From Candidatus Eiseniibacteriota bacterium (GTDB lineage: Bacteria > Eisenbacteria > RBG-16-71-46 > JABDJR01): 64,000 bases of DNA. This document shows positions 1 to 9,700 of this stretch, one piece after another. Position numbers and translations under genes: made by a program. The notes under the pieces were generated by a model. That model worked only from the letters and a program-made list of their open reading frames with translations. It did no database searches and had not been told where the DNA came from. Position 1 is the first letter of the stretch. Each line of letters begins with the position of its first letter. Where the stretch lies: NCBI GenBank assembly GCA_963783375.1, contig CAWANH010000028.1, positions 1,376,001-1,440,000 of the forward strand, read 5' to 3'.

Positions 1-1
1 C

Positions 2-808
2 CAATGGGAGGAGATCCTCCGGTCCCGCTACAGCACCGGAACCGCCCGGTTCAGCGATCTCATCAAGGTCCAGGTGGAGTTGGGGAAGCTCCAGGACCGG
101 GTGACCACTCTGGAGCAGCAGCGCCCACCGCGCCGGGCCCGTCTCAACGCCCTGCTCGATCTCCCCGCCGACACCCCCATTGCCTGGCCCGATTCGCTCC
201 CCGAGGTGCCCCGGCCCGATCTCCGCGATTCCCTGGAGGTGCGTCTCCACGAGCAGAATCCCGAGCTCAAGGCGCTCCGGGCCATGGTGGAGAAGGAGAC
301 GCACGGAATAGGCCTGGCCCGGAAGTCCGGGCTCCCAAGCTTCACCCTGGGGGTGGACTGGGTCCAGACCGATCCTCGGGACGTGTCCGGCCTTCTCGAC
401 AACGGCAAGGACCCGGTCATGGCCATGGTCGGGGTCCGCATTCCCCTGTGGAGGGGAGCCGTGTCCGCGGGGGTGCGACAGGCCGAGGCCCGGCGGGCCG
501 CCGCCGAAGCGAACCTGGCCGACCGGAGCAATTCCCTTCAGACCGACCTCGAGGACGCCCTCTTCCGGTTCGACGACGCCGGTCGAAAGACCGTGCTCTA
601 CCGCGACTCCCTCGTCCCCAAGGTGCGGCAGTCTCTCGACGCCGCCTACTCCACGTTCGAGTCGGGCGGGGGCTCCTTCCTCGACGTGATCGACGCGGAG
701 CGCGTTCTTCTCGAGTTCCGGCTGATCCTGGAGCGCGCGCGGGCCGACCTGCTCGAAGCCCGTGCCGCGGTCGACGCCCTGACCGGAGAGGGAGGCCTCG
801 ACCGATGA
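2..808 (+). CDS. TolC/CusC-family outer membrane efflux protein (5' partial)
   Basis: Frame is open from base 2 (QWEEILRSRYSTG...). Has helical OEP-like repeats (LNALLDLP; Y/FESGGGSFLDVIDAER). Lies directly upstream of RND adaptor and pump genes. Confidence 0.85.
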   Translation, partial: QWEEILRSRYSTGTARFSDLIKVQVELGKLQDRVTTLEQQRPPRRARLNALLDLPADTPIAWPDSLPEVPRPDLRDSLEVRLHEQNPELKALRAMVEKETHGIGLARKSGLPSFTLGVDWVQTDPRDVSGLLDNGKDPVMAMVGVRIPLWRGAVSAGVRQAEARRAAAEANLADRSNSLQTDLEDALFRFDDAGRKTVLYRDSLVPKVRQSLDAAYSTFESGGGSFLDVIDAERVLLEFRLILERARADLLEARAAVDALTGEGGLDR

Positions 809-875
809 CCGCTTCCACTTCGCCGGCCCCGGCGGCCGGCCGGTCCGATCCATCATCGAAAACGGAGTCTTGGAC

Positions 876-2867
876 ATGAGCAACCACGAGAACCCGATTC
901 ACCCCGAGCCGACGCCCACGTCCCGGCCCCAGGACGTTTCAACGGCGCCTCCCAGCCCGCCCCCCCCGCGGGGTCCCCGGGTCGGGAAGCTTCTGCCGGT
1001 GGCGGGTCTGGTGGTGGTCGCCCTCCTGGTGGGCGCCTTGTGGGGGGGCGCGCTCCACAGGGGACTGGATGGGCTGTGGCATTCGGTGAAACCCGGTACG
1101 GAGGTCGAGGCCTCCTCGGATTCCAAGGAAGGCACCACCCAGTACTACACCTGCGGCATGCATCCCTGGGTGATCCTGCCCAAGCCGGGGAACTGCCCGA
1201 TCTGCGGCATGGAACTGGTTCCGCTCGATGCGAGCAAGTTCACCGGCGAGGTGACCATCGACCCGGTCGTGGTGCAGAACATCGGGGTCCGCATCGCGAA
1301 GGTCGCCGACGGCACCCTAACCCGCACCATCCGAACCGTGGGAACCGTGGAGTACGACGAGCGCCAGGTGCGCGACATCAACACCAAGGTCTCGGGCTGG
1401 ATCGAGAAGATCCAGGTCGACTATCTGGGCGCCGAGGTGAAGAAAGGCGAGCCCCTGTTCGAGCTCTACTCCCCGGAACTCTACGCGGCCCAGAAGGAGT
1501 ACCTCGTCGCCTACCAGAACCGGAGGAGCGGTGCGGCCGACTCGGCCGCGGGCATGGTGCCGGGCGCGGGCTCCCTGATGGAGTCCGCCCGCCGGCGGCT
1601 TCTCTTCTACGACATCACCCCGGAGCAGATCGCCGCCCTCCAGAAGTCCGGCGAACCGGCCAAGACCATGGTCATCCGGAGCCCCTACGCGGGCGTGGTC
1701 ACCGAGAAGCACGGAAACGAGGGGATGAAGGTCGATCCGGGAATGCGGGTCTACCGGATCGCCGACCTCTCCAAGGTCTGGGTGATGGCCACCCTCTACG
1801 AGTACCAGCTTCCCTACGTGCAGGCCGGACAGAAGGCGGTCATGACCCTGCCCTACATCCCCGGCCAGGAGTTCGAGGGCAGGATCGTCTACATCTACCC
1901 GTACCTCAGCGAGAAGTCCCGCGAGGTGAAGGTCCGGATCGAGTTCGACAACCCCTACGGGGTTCTGAAGCCCGGGATGTTCGCGAACATCGACCTCCAG
2001 AACACCCTCCCGCGGAAGCGGGTCCTGGTCCCCCGGGAGGCGATCATCGACACCGGGGAACGGCAGGTGGCCTTCGTCAGCCTCGGCGAGGGGCGCTTCG
2101 AGCCCCGCGAGGTCAAGATGGGGGCCGAGGACGGCGAGGGAAGGGTCGAGGTCCTGGCCGGACTCGAGCCCGGCGAGGACGTGGTGGTGAGCGGGCAGTT
2201 CCTGATCGACAGCGAGTCGAAGATCCGGGAGGCGCTGGCCAAGATGATCCGGGGAAACACGGCTTCGGACCAGAAGGCGGTGGTCGCCCAGGCGGCGCCG
2301 GCGCCGGCTTCGGACGAGGCGGTGAAGCTGCCGGATGCGGTCTCCGCGGCGCTGGGACGGGTCCTCGACCACTACCTGGCCATCGGAGACATCCTGGCCG
2401 GCGACGAGGTCAAGGGGATCGGCGGGCATGCCGGGCGGATCGCCGAGGAACTCCGGGCCGCGACCGCGGTGGAGATCCCCGGCCGGCCCGGATTCTGGAA
2501 GGAGCACCCCGAGGCCGCCGCCGCCTCGGCCGCCGCCCGGGCCCTGGCCGCCCCCGGAAACCTGGAAGAGGCCCGGAGCCGGTTCGCCGACCTGAGCGAG
2601 GCGCTGGCCGGGCTGGTGCAGACGACGGGAGTTCCCGCCTCCTATCCGAAGCAGGTGGACCGCCTTCATTGCCCCATGTTCCAGAAGGAGCAGGGCGGAT
2701 CGGTGTGGCTCCAGACCGAGGGGGACGTCCACAACCCCTACTTCGGGAAAGCCATGCTCAAGTGCCACGACGCGAGGAACGCGATGCCGGTCTCCGGCGC
2801 CGAGGCGACGGAGCCCGGTGGGTCCGACGACCGGGTGCATCAGGATGCCGGCGCGGGCGGGGAGTGA
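876..2867 (+). CDS. cusB: CusB-like efflux RND periplasmic adaptor with N-terminal heavy-metal-binding motif and C-terminal DUF3347-like domain
   Basis: TM anchor; YYTCGMHPWV...CPICGMELVP; MFP core (GWIEK, LYSPEL, LKPGMF, SGQFLIDSES); C-terminal CPM...NPYFG..MLKC. GGAG RBS before the ATG at 876. Confidence 0.88.
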   Translation: MSNHENPIHPEPTPTSRPQDVSTAPPSPPPPRGPRVGKLLPVAGLVVVALLVGALWGGALHRGLDGLWHSVKPGTEVEASSDSKEGTTQYYTCGMHPWVILPKPGNCPICGMELVPLDASKFTGEVTIDPVVVQNIGVRIAKVADGTLTRTIRTVGTVEYDERQVRDINTKVSGWIEKIQVDYLGAEVKKGEPLFELYSPELYAAQKEYLVAYQNRRSGAADSAAGMVPGAGSLMESARRRLLFYDITPEQIAALQKSGEPAKTMVIRSPYAGVVTEKHGNEGMKVDPGMRVYRIADLSKVWVMATLYEYQLPYVQAGQKAVMTLPYIPGQEFEGRIVYIYPYLSEKSREVKVRIEFDNPYGVLKPGMFANIDLQNTLPRKRVLVPREAIIDTGERQVAFVSLGEGRFEPREVKMGAEDGEGRVEVLAGLEPGEDVVVSGQFLIDSESKIREALAKMIRGNTASDQKAVVAQAAPAPASDEAVKLPDAVSAALGRVLDHYLAIGDILAGDEVKGIGGHAGRIAEELRAATAVEIPGRPGFWKEHPEAAAASAAARALAAPGNLEEARSRFADLSEALAGLVQTTGVPASYPKQVDRLHCPMFQKEQGGSVWLQTEGDVHNPYFGKAMLKCHDARNAMPVSGAEATEPGGSDDRVHQDAGAGGE

Positions 2868-2870
2868 GCC

Positions 2871-5800
2871 GTGATTGCCAAGCTGATCGAACTGTGCGTG
2901 CGGAACCGGGGGATGGTCCTTCTCCTGACCGCCTTCCTGGTGATGGCGGGGATCTGGTCCGCCTATCACATCACCATCGACGCCATCCCCGATCTCTCGG
3001 ACGTCCAGGTCGTGATCCGGACCGAGTACCCCGGGCAGGCCCCCCAGATCGTGGAGGACCAGGTCACCTACCCGCTGACCACCGCCATGCTCGCGGTCCC
3101 CTACGCCAAGGTGGTGCGGGGCTACAGCATGTTCGGCACCAGCTTCGTCTACATCATCTTCGAGGACGGCACCGACCTCTACTGGGCCCGGAGCCGCGTC
3201 CTCGAGCAGTTGAGTTCGATCACCGGCAAGCTCCCCTCGGGCGTTTCTCCCCAACTGGGACCCGACGCCACCGGGGTGGGCTGGATCTACGAGTACGTCC
3301 TCACCACGGGTAAGTACTGCCCGGACCATCCGAACGGCGCCTGGCACGACGCGGTGACCGACACGTGGTACGCCAAGCCCGAGGACGCCCCGGACGAACC
3401 CGAGGTGCGGGCTCGCCTGGTGCATCACCGGGTGTTCGATGACACCCGCACCGTCTACGTGGACCGCCGGGAGAACCGCCGCTACGAGACGCTCCAGGAC
3501 GTCCCGGCAGCCATGCGGGCCAGCGTGGAGCCGGTGGTTCTCCAGAAGGGATACGACCGGTGCCCCCTGGACGGAAAACCCCTGCTCCGCCCCGACGCCG
3601 ACCTCGCCGACCTGCGAGGGCTTCAGGACTGGTATCTGCGCTACGAACTCAGTTCGGTGGAAGGGGTGAGCGAGATCGCCTCGCTGGGCGGGTTCGTGAA
3701 GCAGTACCAGATCGTGGTCGACCCGGTGAAGCTCCTCGCCTACAACCTCCCCCTGAGCAAGGTGCGGCACGCGATCCAGCGATCGAACATCGACGTCGGG
3801 GGTCGGCTGATCGAGCAGAGCGAGACCGAGTACATGGTCCGGGGGATCGGCTATCTGGGATCGCTCACCGACTCCGAGATCGCCGCGGCCAGAAAGGCGG
3901 GGAAGTCGGTCAACGCCCTGCGCACCCGGAAGGCCCTGGATGAGCTGCGCAAGGTGTCCCTGGGAGCGACGACCGAAGGAACCCCGATCTACCTCTCGAG
4001 CGTGGCCGACGTGCGGGTGGGCCCGGAGATCCGGCGCGGGGTGGCCGACTGGAACGGGCAAGGGGAGACCGTCGGCGGCATCGTGGTCATGCGTTTCGGG
4101 GAGAACGCCCGCCGGACGATCGAGAACGTGAAGGAGAAGCTCTCGAGCCTCGAGGCGGGCCTCCCCCCGGGAGTGGCCCTGGACGTGGCCTACGATCGGA
4201 GCGACCTCATCGACCGGGCGGTTCACACCCTCAATCACACGTTGATCGAGGAAATCGCGATCGTCTCGCTCATCTGTATTCTCTTCCTGCTCCACGCCCG
4301 AAGCGCCCTGGTGGCGGCGTTCGTACTGCCGACCGGGGTGCTGGCCACCCTCACCATCATGAACCTGCTGGGCATCAACGCCAACATCATGAGCCTCGGC
4401 GGGATCGCCATCTCCATCGGGGTGATGGTCGACAGCTCGATCATCATGGTCGAGAACGCGCACAAGCATATCGAATACGAGAAGCACAAGGTGGAGGCCG
4501 GAGGACCCGTGCGGAGCCGGGCCGCGATCATCGGCGAAGCGGCGGCCGAGGTCGGGCCGAGCCTGTTCTTCGCCCTCCTCATCATCGTGGTGAGCTTCCT
4601 CCCCATCTTCGTCCTCGGCGAGCAGTCGGGAAGGCTCTTCAAGCCCCTGGCCTACACCAAGACCTTCGCCCTGGCCTGCGGGGCCATCCTGGCCGTCACC
4701 ATCATCCCGGTCCTCATGGTGTTCTTCATCTCTGAGCGGGTGGTGCCTGAGGCCTGGAGTCTGCGGAAGCGCCTGTCCCTATACCTGGGGATGATCCTGG
4801 GGCCCGCGGCGGTGCTGGCCCTGATTCCGCTGCCCCATCTCCATCCGTACCGTTGGGGTATGGTGCTGGCGTGGGTCGTCCTGAGCGGGTTGATGATCCT
4901 CCCCCAGAGGATCCCCTCCGAGCATCGGAACCCCCTGAGCCGGGTGCTGGAGGCGGGGTACCGGCCCTTCTTCATCCTGGCCATGAGGTTCCGCTGGCTG
5001 GTTCTGATCGGGGCCGTGGCCGCGGTGGCGGTGACCGTAGTTCCCCTCCGGCACCTGGGGAGCGAGTTCATGCCACCGCTCGAGGAGGGGGACCTCCTCT
5101 ACATGCCGACCACCGACCCGGGCATCAGCATGACCAAGGCCCGGGAGCTGGTGCAGCAGACCGACGCCCTGATCAAGGCGTTTCCCGAGGTCGAGACGGT
5201 GCTGGGGAAGGCCGGGCGGGCGGAAACCGCCACCGACCCGGCTCCCCCCAGCATGCTGGAAACCACGATCACCTTGAGGCGCGACAAGGACCAGTGGCGC
5301 CGGATCCCGTTGCACCGTTTCTTCAGCGGCTGGCCGGGAATACTCCGGGCTCCCCTGAGGGCGATCTGGCCGGAAGCGCGGCCCATCACCATCGACGAGC
5401 TGGTGTACGGCTACAACTGGCCGGACGGGACTCACGTTCCCGGTCTGAACGAGGTCGTGCACATACCCGGGTTGACCAACAGCTGGACCATGCCCATCAA
5501 GACCCGGATCGACATGCTCTCGACCGGCATCAAGACCCCGGTCGGGGTCAAGATCATGGGCCCGGACCTGGCCACCTTGTCCGGTCTCGCCAACCAGGTC
5601 GCCCAGGTGGTGAAGACCTCGAACGGCACCGGCCCCTACACGGTGAGCGCCTTCCCGGAGAAGAGCGTGGGGGGGAACTACTTCGACATCCATGTGGACC
5701 GGGACGAGATCGCCCGCTACGGCCTGACCGTGGGGGACGTCCAGGACGTCATCATGTCCGCGATGGGCGGAATGAACGTGAGCGGAACCGTCGAGGGCCT

Positions 5801-6671
5801 CCAGCGCTACCCCATCAACCTGAGGTATCCGAGGGAGCTCCGGGACAACGAGCAGGCATTGAAGCAGACCCTGATCTCCACCCCCTCGGGGGCCCAGATT
5901 CCGTTGGACCAGGTGGCGGAGTTCCGCATCCACAAGGGGCCGCCCATGATCAAGAGCGAGAACGCGAGGCTCACCAGCTGGGTGTTCGTGGACATCGCGG
6001 GCATCGACGTGGGAACGTACGTGGCCAACGCCCAGAAAGCGGTGGCCGCGCAGGTCGCTCTCCCCGCCGGATACAACATCGTGTGGTCCGGCCAGTACGA
6101 GTACATGCAGGCGGCGCGGCAACGGCTGATGATCGCCGTTCCCCTGGCCCTCGTCCTGATCGTGCTTCTCCTCTACATGGGCACCAGGAGTTGGGTCCAG
6201 GTCGCCATCGTGCTCCTGTCCCTGCCCTTCGCCCTGGTGGGGGCGATCTGGCTCCTGTGGGCCATGAAGTACAACCTGTCCCTGGCGGTCTGGGTCGGCA
6301 TGATCGCCCTGGCCGGTCTGGCCACCGAGACCGGAATCGTCATGCTCCTCTACCTCCAGACCAGCTACGAGCGGTTCAAGGCGGAGGGGCGGATGCGGGA
6401 CGCCAACGACCTCTGGTACGCGGTGTACGACGGAGCGGTCAAGCGGATCCGCCCCAAGACCATGACCGTGGTCGCCATCTTCATGGGCCTGGTCCCGCTC
6501 CTCTGGGCCCACGGAGCGGGGGCGGACACCATGCGCCGCCTGGCGGTGCCGATGATCGGCGGGGTGGGGACGAGCTTCATCCTGGAGCTTCTGGTGTTCC
6601 CGGTGATCTTCTACGTGGTCAAGGGGCTGAGTCTTCGCCGCCGGCTCCACGCCGAGTCGTCGAAGACCTGA
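2871..6671 (+). CDS. cusA: CusA/SilA-type heavy-metal (Cu+/Ag+) RND efflux pump with extra insertions
   Basis: DAIPDLSDVQV, LGPDATGVGW, MVD..IIMVENAHKH, GDLLYMPTT, SMLET, WTMPIKTRIDMLSTG, KRIRPKTMT. Conserved Met residues typical of CusA. Confidence 0.93.
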   Translation: MIAKLIELCVRNRGMVLLLTAFLVMAGIWSAYHITIDAIPDLSDVQVVIRTEYPGQAPQIVEDQVTYPLTTAMLAVPYAKVVRGYSMFGTSFVYIIFEDGTDLYWARSRVLEQLSSITGKLPSGVSPQLGPDATGVGWIYEYVLTTGKYCPDHPNGAWHDAVTDTWYAKPEDAPDEPEVRARLVHHRVFDDTRTVYVDRRENRRYETLQDVPAAMRASVEPVVLQKGYDRCPLDGKPLLRPDADLADLRGLQDWYLRYELSSVEGVSEIASLGGFVKQYQIVVDPVKLLAYNLPLSKVRHAIQRSNIDVGGRLIEQSETEYMVRGIGYLGSLTDSEIAAARKAGKSVNALRTRKALDELRKVSLGATTEGTPIYLSSVADVRVGPEIRRGVADWNGQGETVGGIVVMRFGENARRTIENVKEKLSSLEAGLPPGVALDVAYDRSDLIDRAVHTLNHTLIEEIAIVSLICILFLLHARSALVAAFVLPTGVLATLTIMNLLGINANIMSLGGIAISIGVMVDSSIIMVENAHKHIEYEKHKVEAGGPVRSRAAIIGEAAAEVGPSLFFALLIIVVSFLPIFVLGEQSGRLFKPLAYTKTFALACGAILAVTIIPVLMVFFISERVVPEAWSLRKRLSLYLGMILGPAAVLALIPLPHLHPYRWGMVLAWVVLSGLMILPQRIPSEHRNPLSRVLEAGYRPFFILAMRFRWLVLIGAVAAVAVTVVPLRHLGSEFMPPLEEGDLLYMPTTDPGISMTKARELVQQTDALIKAFPEVETVLGKAGRAETATDPAPPSMLETTITLRRDKDQWRRIPLHRFFSGWPGILRAPLRAIWPEARPITIDELVYGYNWPDGTHVPGLNEVVHIPGLTNSWTMPIKTRIDMLSTGIKTPVGVKIMGPDLATLSGLANQVAQVVKTSNGTGPYTVSAFPEKSVGGNYFDIHVDRDEIARYGLTVGDVQDVIMSAMGGMNVSGTVEGLQRYPINLRYPRELRDNEQALKQTLISTPSGAQIPLDQVAEFRIHKGPPMIKSENARLTSWVFVDIAGIDVGTYVANAQKAVAAQVALPAGYNIVWSGQYEYMQAARQRLMIAVPLALVLIVLLLYMGTRSWVQVAIVLLSLPFALVGAIWLLWAMKYNLSLAVWVGMIALAGLATETGIVMLLYLQTSYERFKAEGRMRDANDLWYAVYDGAVKRIRPKTMTVVAIFMGLVPLLWAHGAGADTMRRLAVPMIGGVGTSFILELLVFPVIFYVVKGLSLRRRLHAESSKT

Positions 6672-6681
6672 CACGCCTCCA

Positions 6682-6714
6682 AGAAAATCCCCCCGGGGCG
6701 GTGGCCCCGGGGGG
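6682..6714 (-). terminator. Rho-independent terminator between convergent cusA and S8 genes
   Basis: CCCCCCGGGGC-GGTG-GCCCCGGGGGG hairpin followed on the minus strand by ATTTTCTT. A second GC hairpin lies at about 6717-6745. Confidence 0.65.
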
Positions 6715-6777
6715 TGCCCCCCCCGGGCCGGGCCCGGGAGGGGGGTGCAGTTCGGCTGCGCGATGGTGCCTCGCCGG

Positions 6778-9700
6778 CTACTTCATGAGGAACATCCGCT
6801 TGGTGGCGGTGAAGGAGCCCGCGGTGAGGCGGTAGAAGTAGATCCCCGAAGCCAGGGAATGACCGGACCCGTCCCGGCCGTCCCAGGCACGGATGTGGGT
6901 CCCGGCGGGTAGCTGGTTCCGCTCCAGGACCCGCACCGCCCGTCCGGACACGTCGTAGATCACCAGGTTCACCGTCTCGTCCGCGGGCAGATCGAACGCG
7001 ATCCGGGTGGCCCCCAGGAAGGGGTTCGGAGCGTTCTGCCTGAGCGCGTGCGCGATCGGGAGGACCGGGCCGGTCCCGGTGAAGGCCCCGGTGATCTCGA
7101 AGGGATCGTCGCTCGAGTCGTACCCCATGATCCCCTGGTTGTCGTAGAGGTAGACCCGGAGCCGGGCCGTGCTCGAGATCGCGTCCGGGACCATCCAGGT
7201 GTAGGTCTCGGCCTGGATGTCCTGGGCGACCACGTTCCAGCTCACCCCGTCATCGGCGGTGTAGTAGAGATCGGCATGGTCCACGTTCCAGCCCTGGGGG
7301 TTGGTCCAGACCACGTCGACCGCTCCTCCGACCGGCAGGCGCTCGCCTCCGTTGGGAGACAGCACGTGCGGGTTGATGACCCGGATCACGTTTTCCGCCC
7401 GGAAGAACGCGGTGTCCAGGATCTCACCGGTCACCACCACGACGACCGAGTCACCCTCGCCCAGCACCGCCTCGACCGCGGACCGGCTGAACTTGAACTG
7501 GATAGCCGCGCCGATGTAGGAGACCTTGTTGGGATCGGCGGGCACGGTCCCGTTCAGGCGCACCGTCTCGATCACGATGTCGTGCGGATCGAACTCCGGC
7601 GGCAGCTCGACCTGGGCCGTCACGTACTTCCCGTTGCTGGACAGGTTCAACGTGTTCGGATTGACGCTGCTGCTGACGGCGTAGACCGTCCGCACGTGGA
7701 AGACCACCGCCATGTCCTCGCCGGCAGGATTGGCGGGGTCGTTGCTCGAGGCGTGAACGTTGCCGAAGTAGTCGTCCTCGGCCAGATCGGTGGCGTCCAT
7801 GGTCACGGTCAGATCGACGCACTCACCCGCCGCCAACACCCCGGACTCGGGGGAGACGGAGAGCCACTGCGGCCGGGAGCTGAACAGGATGGCCAGGTTC
7901 TCATGGGCGTAGGCGTCGTTGTACGCCACGGTCAGCCCGTCGTCCTGGGTCCCGTTCTGGATCCCGATGGTGGCACTGTCGAGCGGCCCCGTGAGGCTCA
8001 GGTACTGGTACAGGATGTTGCCGTTCGGATAGAGGATCACCTCGTACGAGAAGTACGGAGCGGTGAAGTACCCCAGCTTCCGGACGTGGTCGAACTGGAA
8101 GACGGTCCTGGTGCCGTCGTAGTAGTAGTACGCGGCGCCCCCGTTGCTCTCGTCGTAGACCATGTCGTCCCAGAACAAGGCCAGCAGGTTCTCCGGAGCC
8201 CCGCCGTTGGGCAGCGGCTGGTTCGAGTAGCTGGTGGCGCTCGATGTGAAGCTCAACCACCCGTTCGTGCAGGCGCGGACGTCCGAGAAGCTCTGCCCGT
8301 AGAAGGGGAAGCTGAACCCGATGGGCAGCGCCCCCGAGTTCGCGTCGTCCCGGTAGCTGCCGCCGAAGTCGATCGGCGTTCCGACCCCGCTGATGTCGAC
8401 CCAGTCGAAGGCCGGCCCGGTGGGATCGTCGCTGTCGATCCAGGTGTAGCCGTAGGCGTCGGGTCCACCGCTGCCCAGGATTCCGGGCCGGGGATCGACG
8501 GGTTGGGCGGCGCCCTCCACGTCGGTTCCCTTGGGAATCTCCTGGTAGCCGTAGGCCTGGACGCTCTGGCTCCCGCTCGTCTCACCCCAGGTCATGCTGT
8601 AGGTGAGGTCGCTCCCGCCGGTGTTGCAGAGGGTCATGGTCTTGGTCTGCACGTCGCCGGGGAGGGAGGCTCCGATCATGGTTTCCGGGGCCATGGTCAT
8701 GGCCGGCGGGTCCACTCCGACCCCGGCCAGATTGACCATGTGCGGCGAATCCGGATCGTTGCTCATCACCGTGAGCAGACTGTTCCGGGGTCCGGATGCG
8801 CTCGGGGAGAAGGCGACCCGGACGGTCTGGCTCTGGAGGGGCTCCAGCTCCAGGGTCGAGGGATCCACGCTGTAGTCCCCGAGTCCCGGCGTCATCGACG
8901 ACACCGAGAGGTGATCGGTCCCGATGTTGGTGACCACGAGGTCCAGGGTGTCGGGGTAGCCGACGTAGACGTCCCCGAAATCCACCGTGGTGGGATCGAA
9001 CCCGATCCGCGCCACCCCGGTGACGTCCAGGGTCGCGGCCACGCTCAGGAGCCCGTGGGCGGGATCGTTGGAGAGGACCTGAACCGCGCCCTCGTAGCGG
9101 CCGCCGAAGAGGCCGGCTGCGTTGAAGAGCACGTTGATCGTCGCGCTTCCGCCGGGGGGAATGATCCCCGAGGCCGGGTTGGCGCTCAACCAGTCCGGGG
9201 ACGTCGCGAGGCGGATGGCCATGGCGTCGTGCAGGTAATCGTCGTTGTACACGACGTTCAGGCCGTCGTCCCTGGCGTCGTTCTGGATCCCCACCGTGCA
9301 GCTGTTCAAGGTCGATCCGAGGGTGAGGTACTGGTAGATGATCGACCCGTTCGGGTAGAGCAGGATCTCGAACGTGTAATACGGCGGAGTCGTGTTGTTG
9401 TACTTCAGGACGCTGTCGTACTGGATGATCAGCTTGGATCCGTCGTACTCGTAGTACACCTCGCCGCCGTAGGCCGGGTCCACGACCATGTCGTCCCAGA
9501 AGGGGGCCAGCAGGTTCTCCGGCCCGCCCGCGCTGGGAAGCGGATCGTTGCTGAGATCGGTGGTGGTGTTGGTGAAGCTCACCCAGCCGTTGCTCGACAC
9601 CCGGAAGGTGTTGAACACGTTCCCGTAGAACGAAAAGTCGAACCCGATCGGGAACGGGCCGTGGTTGACGTCGTCGGACCGGCTCGAGAACACGGGAGTG

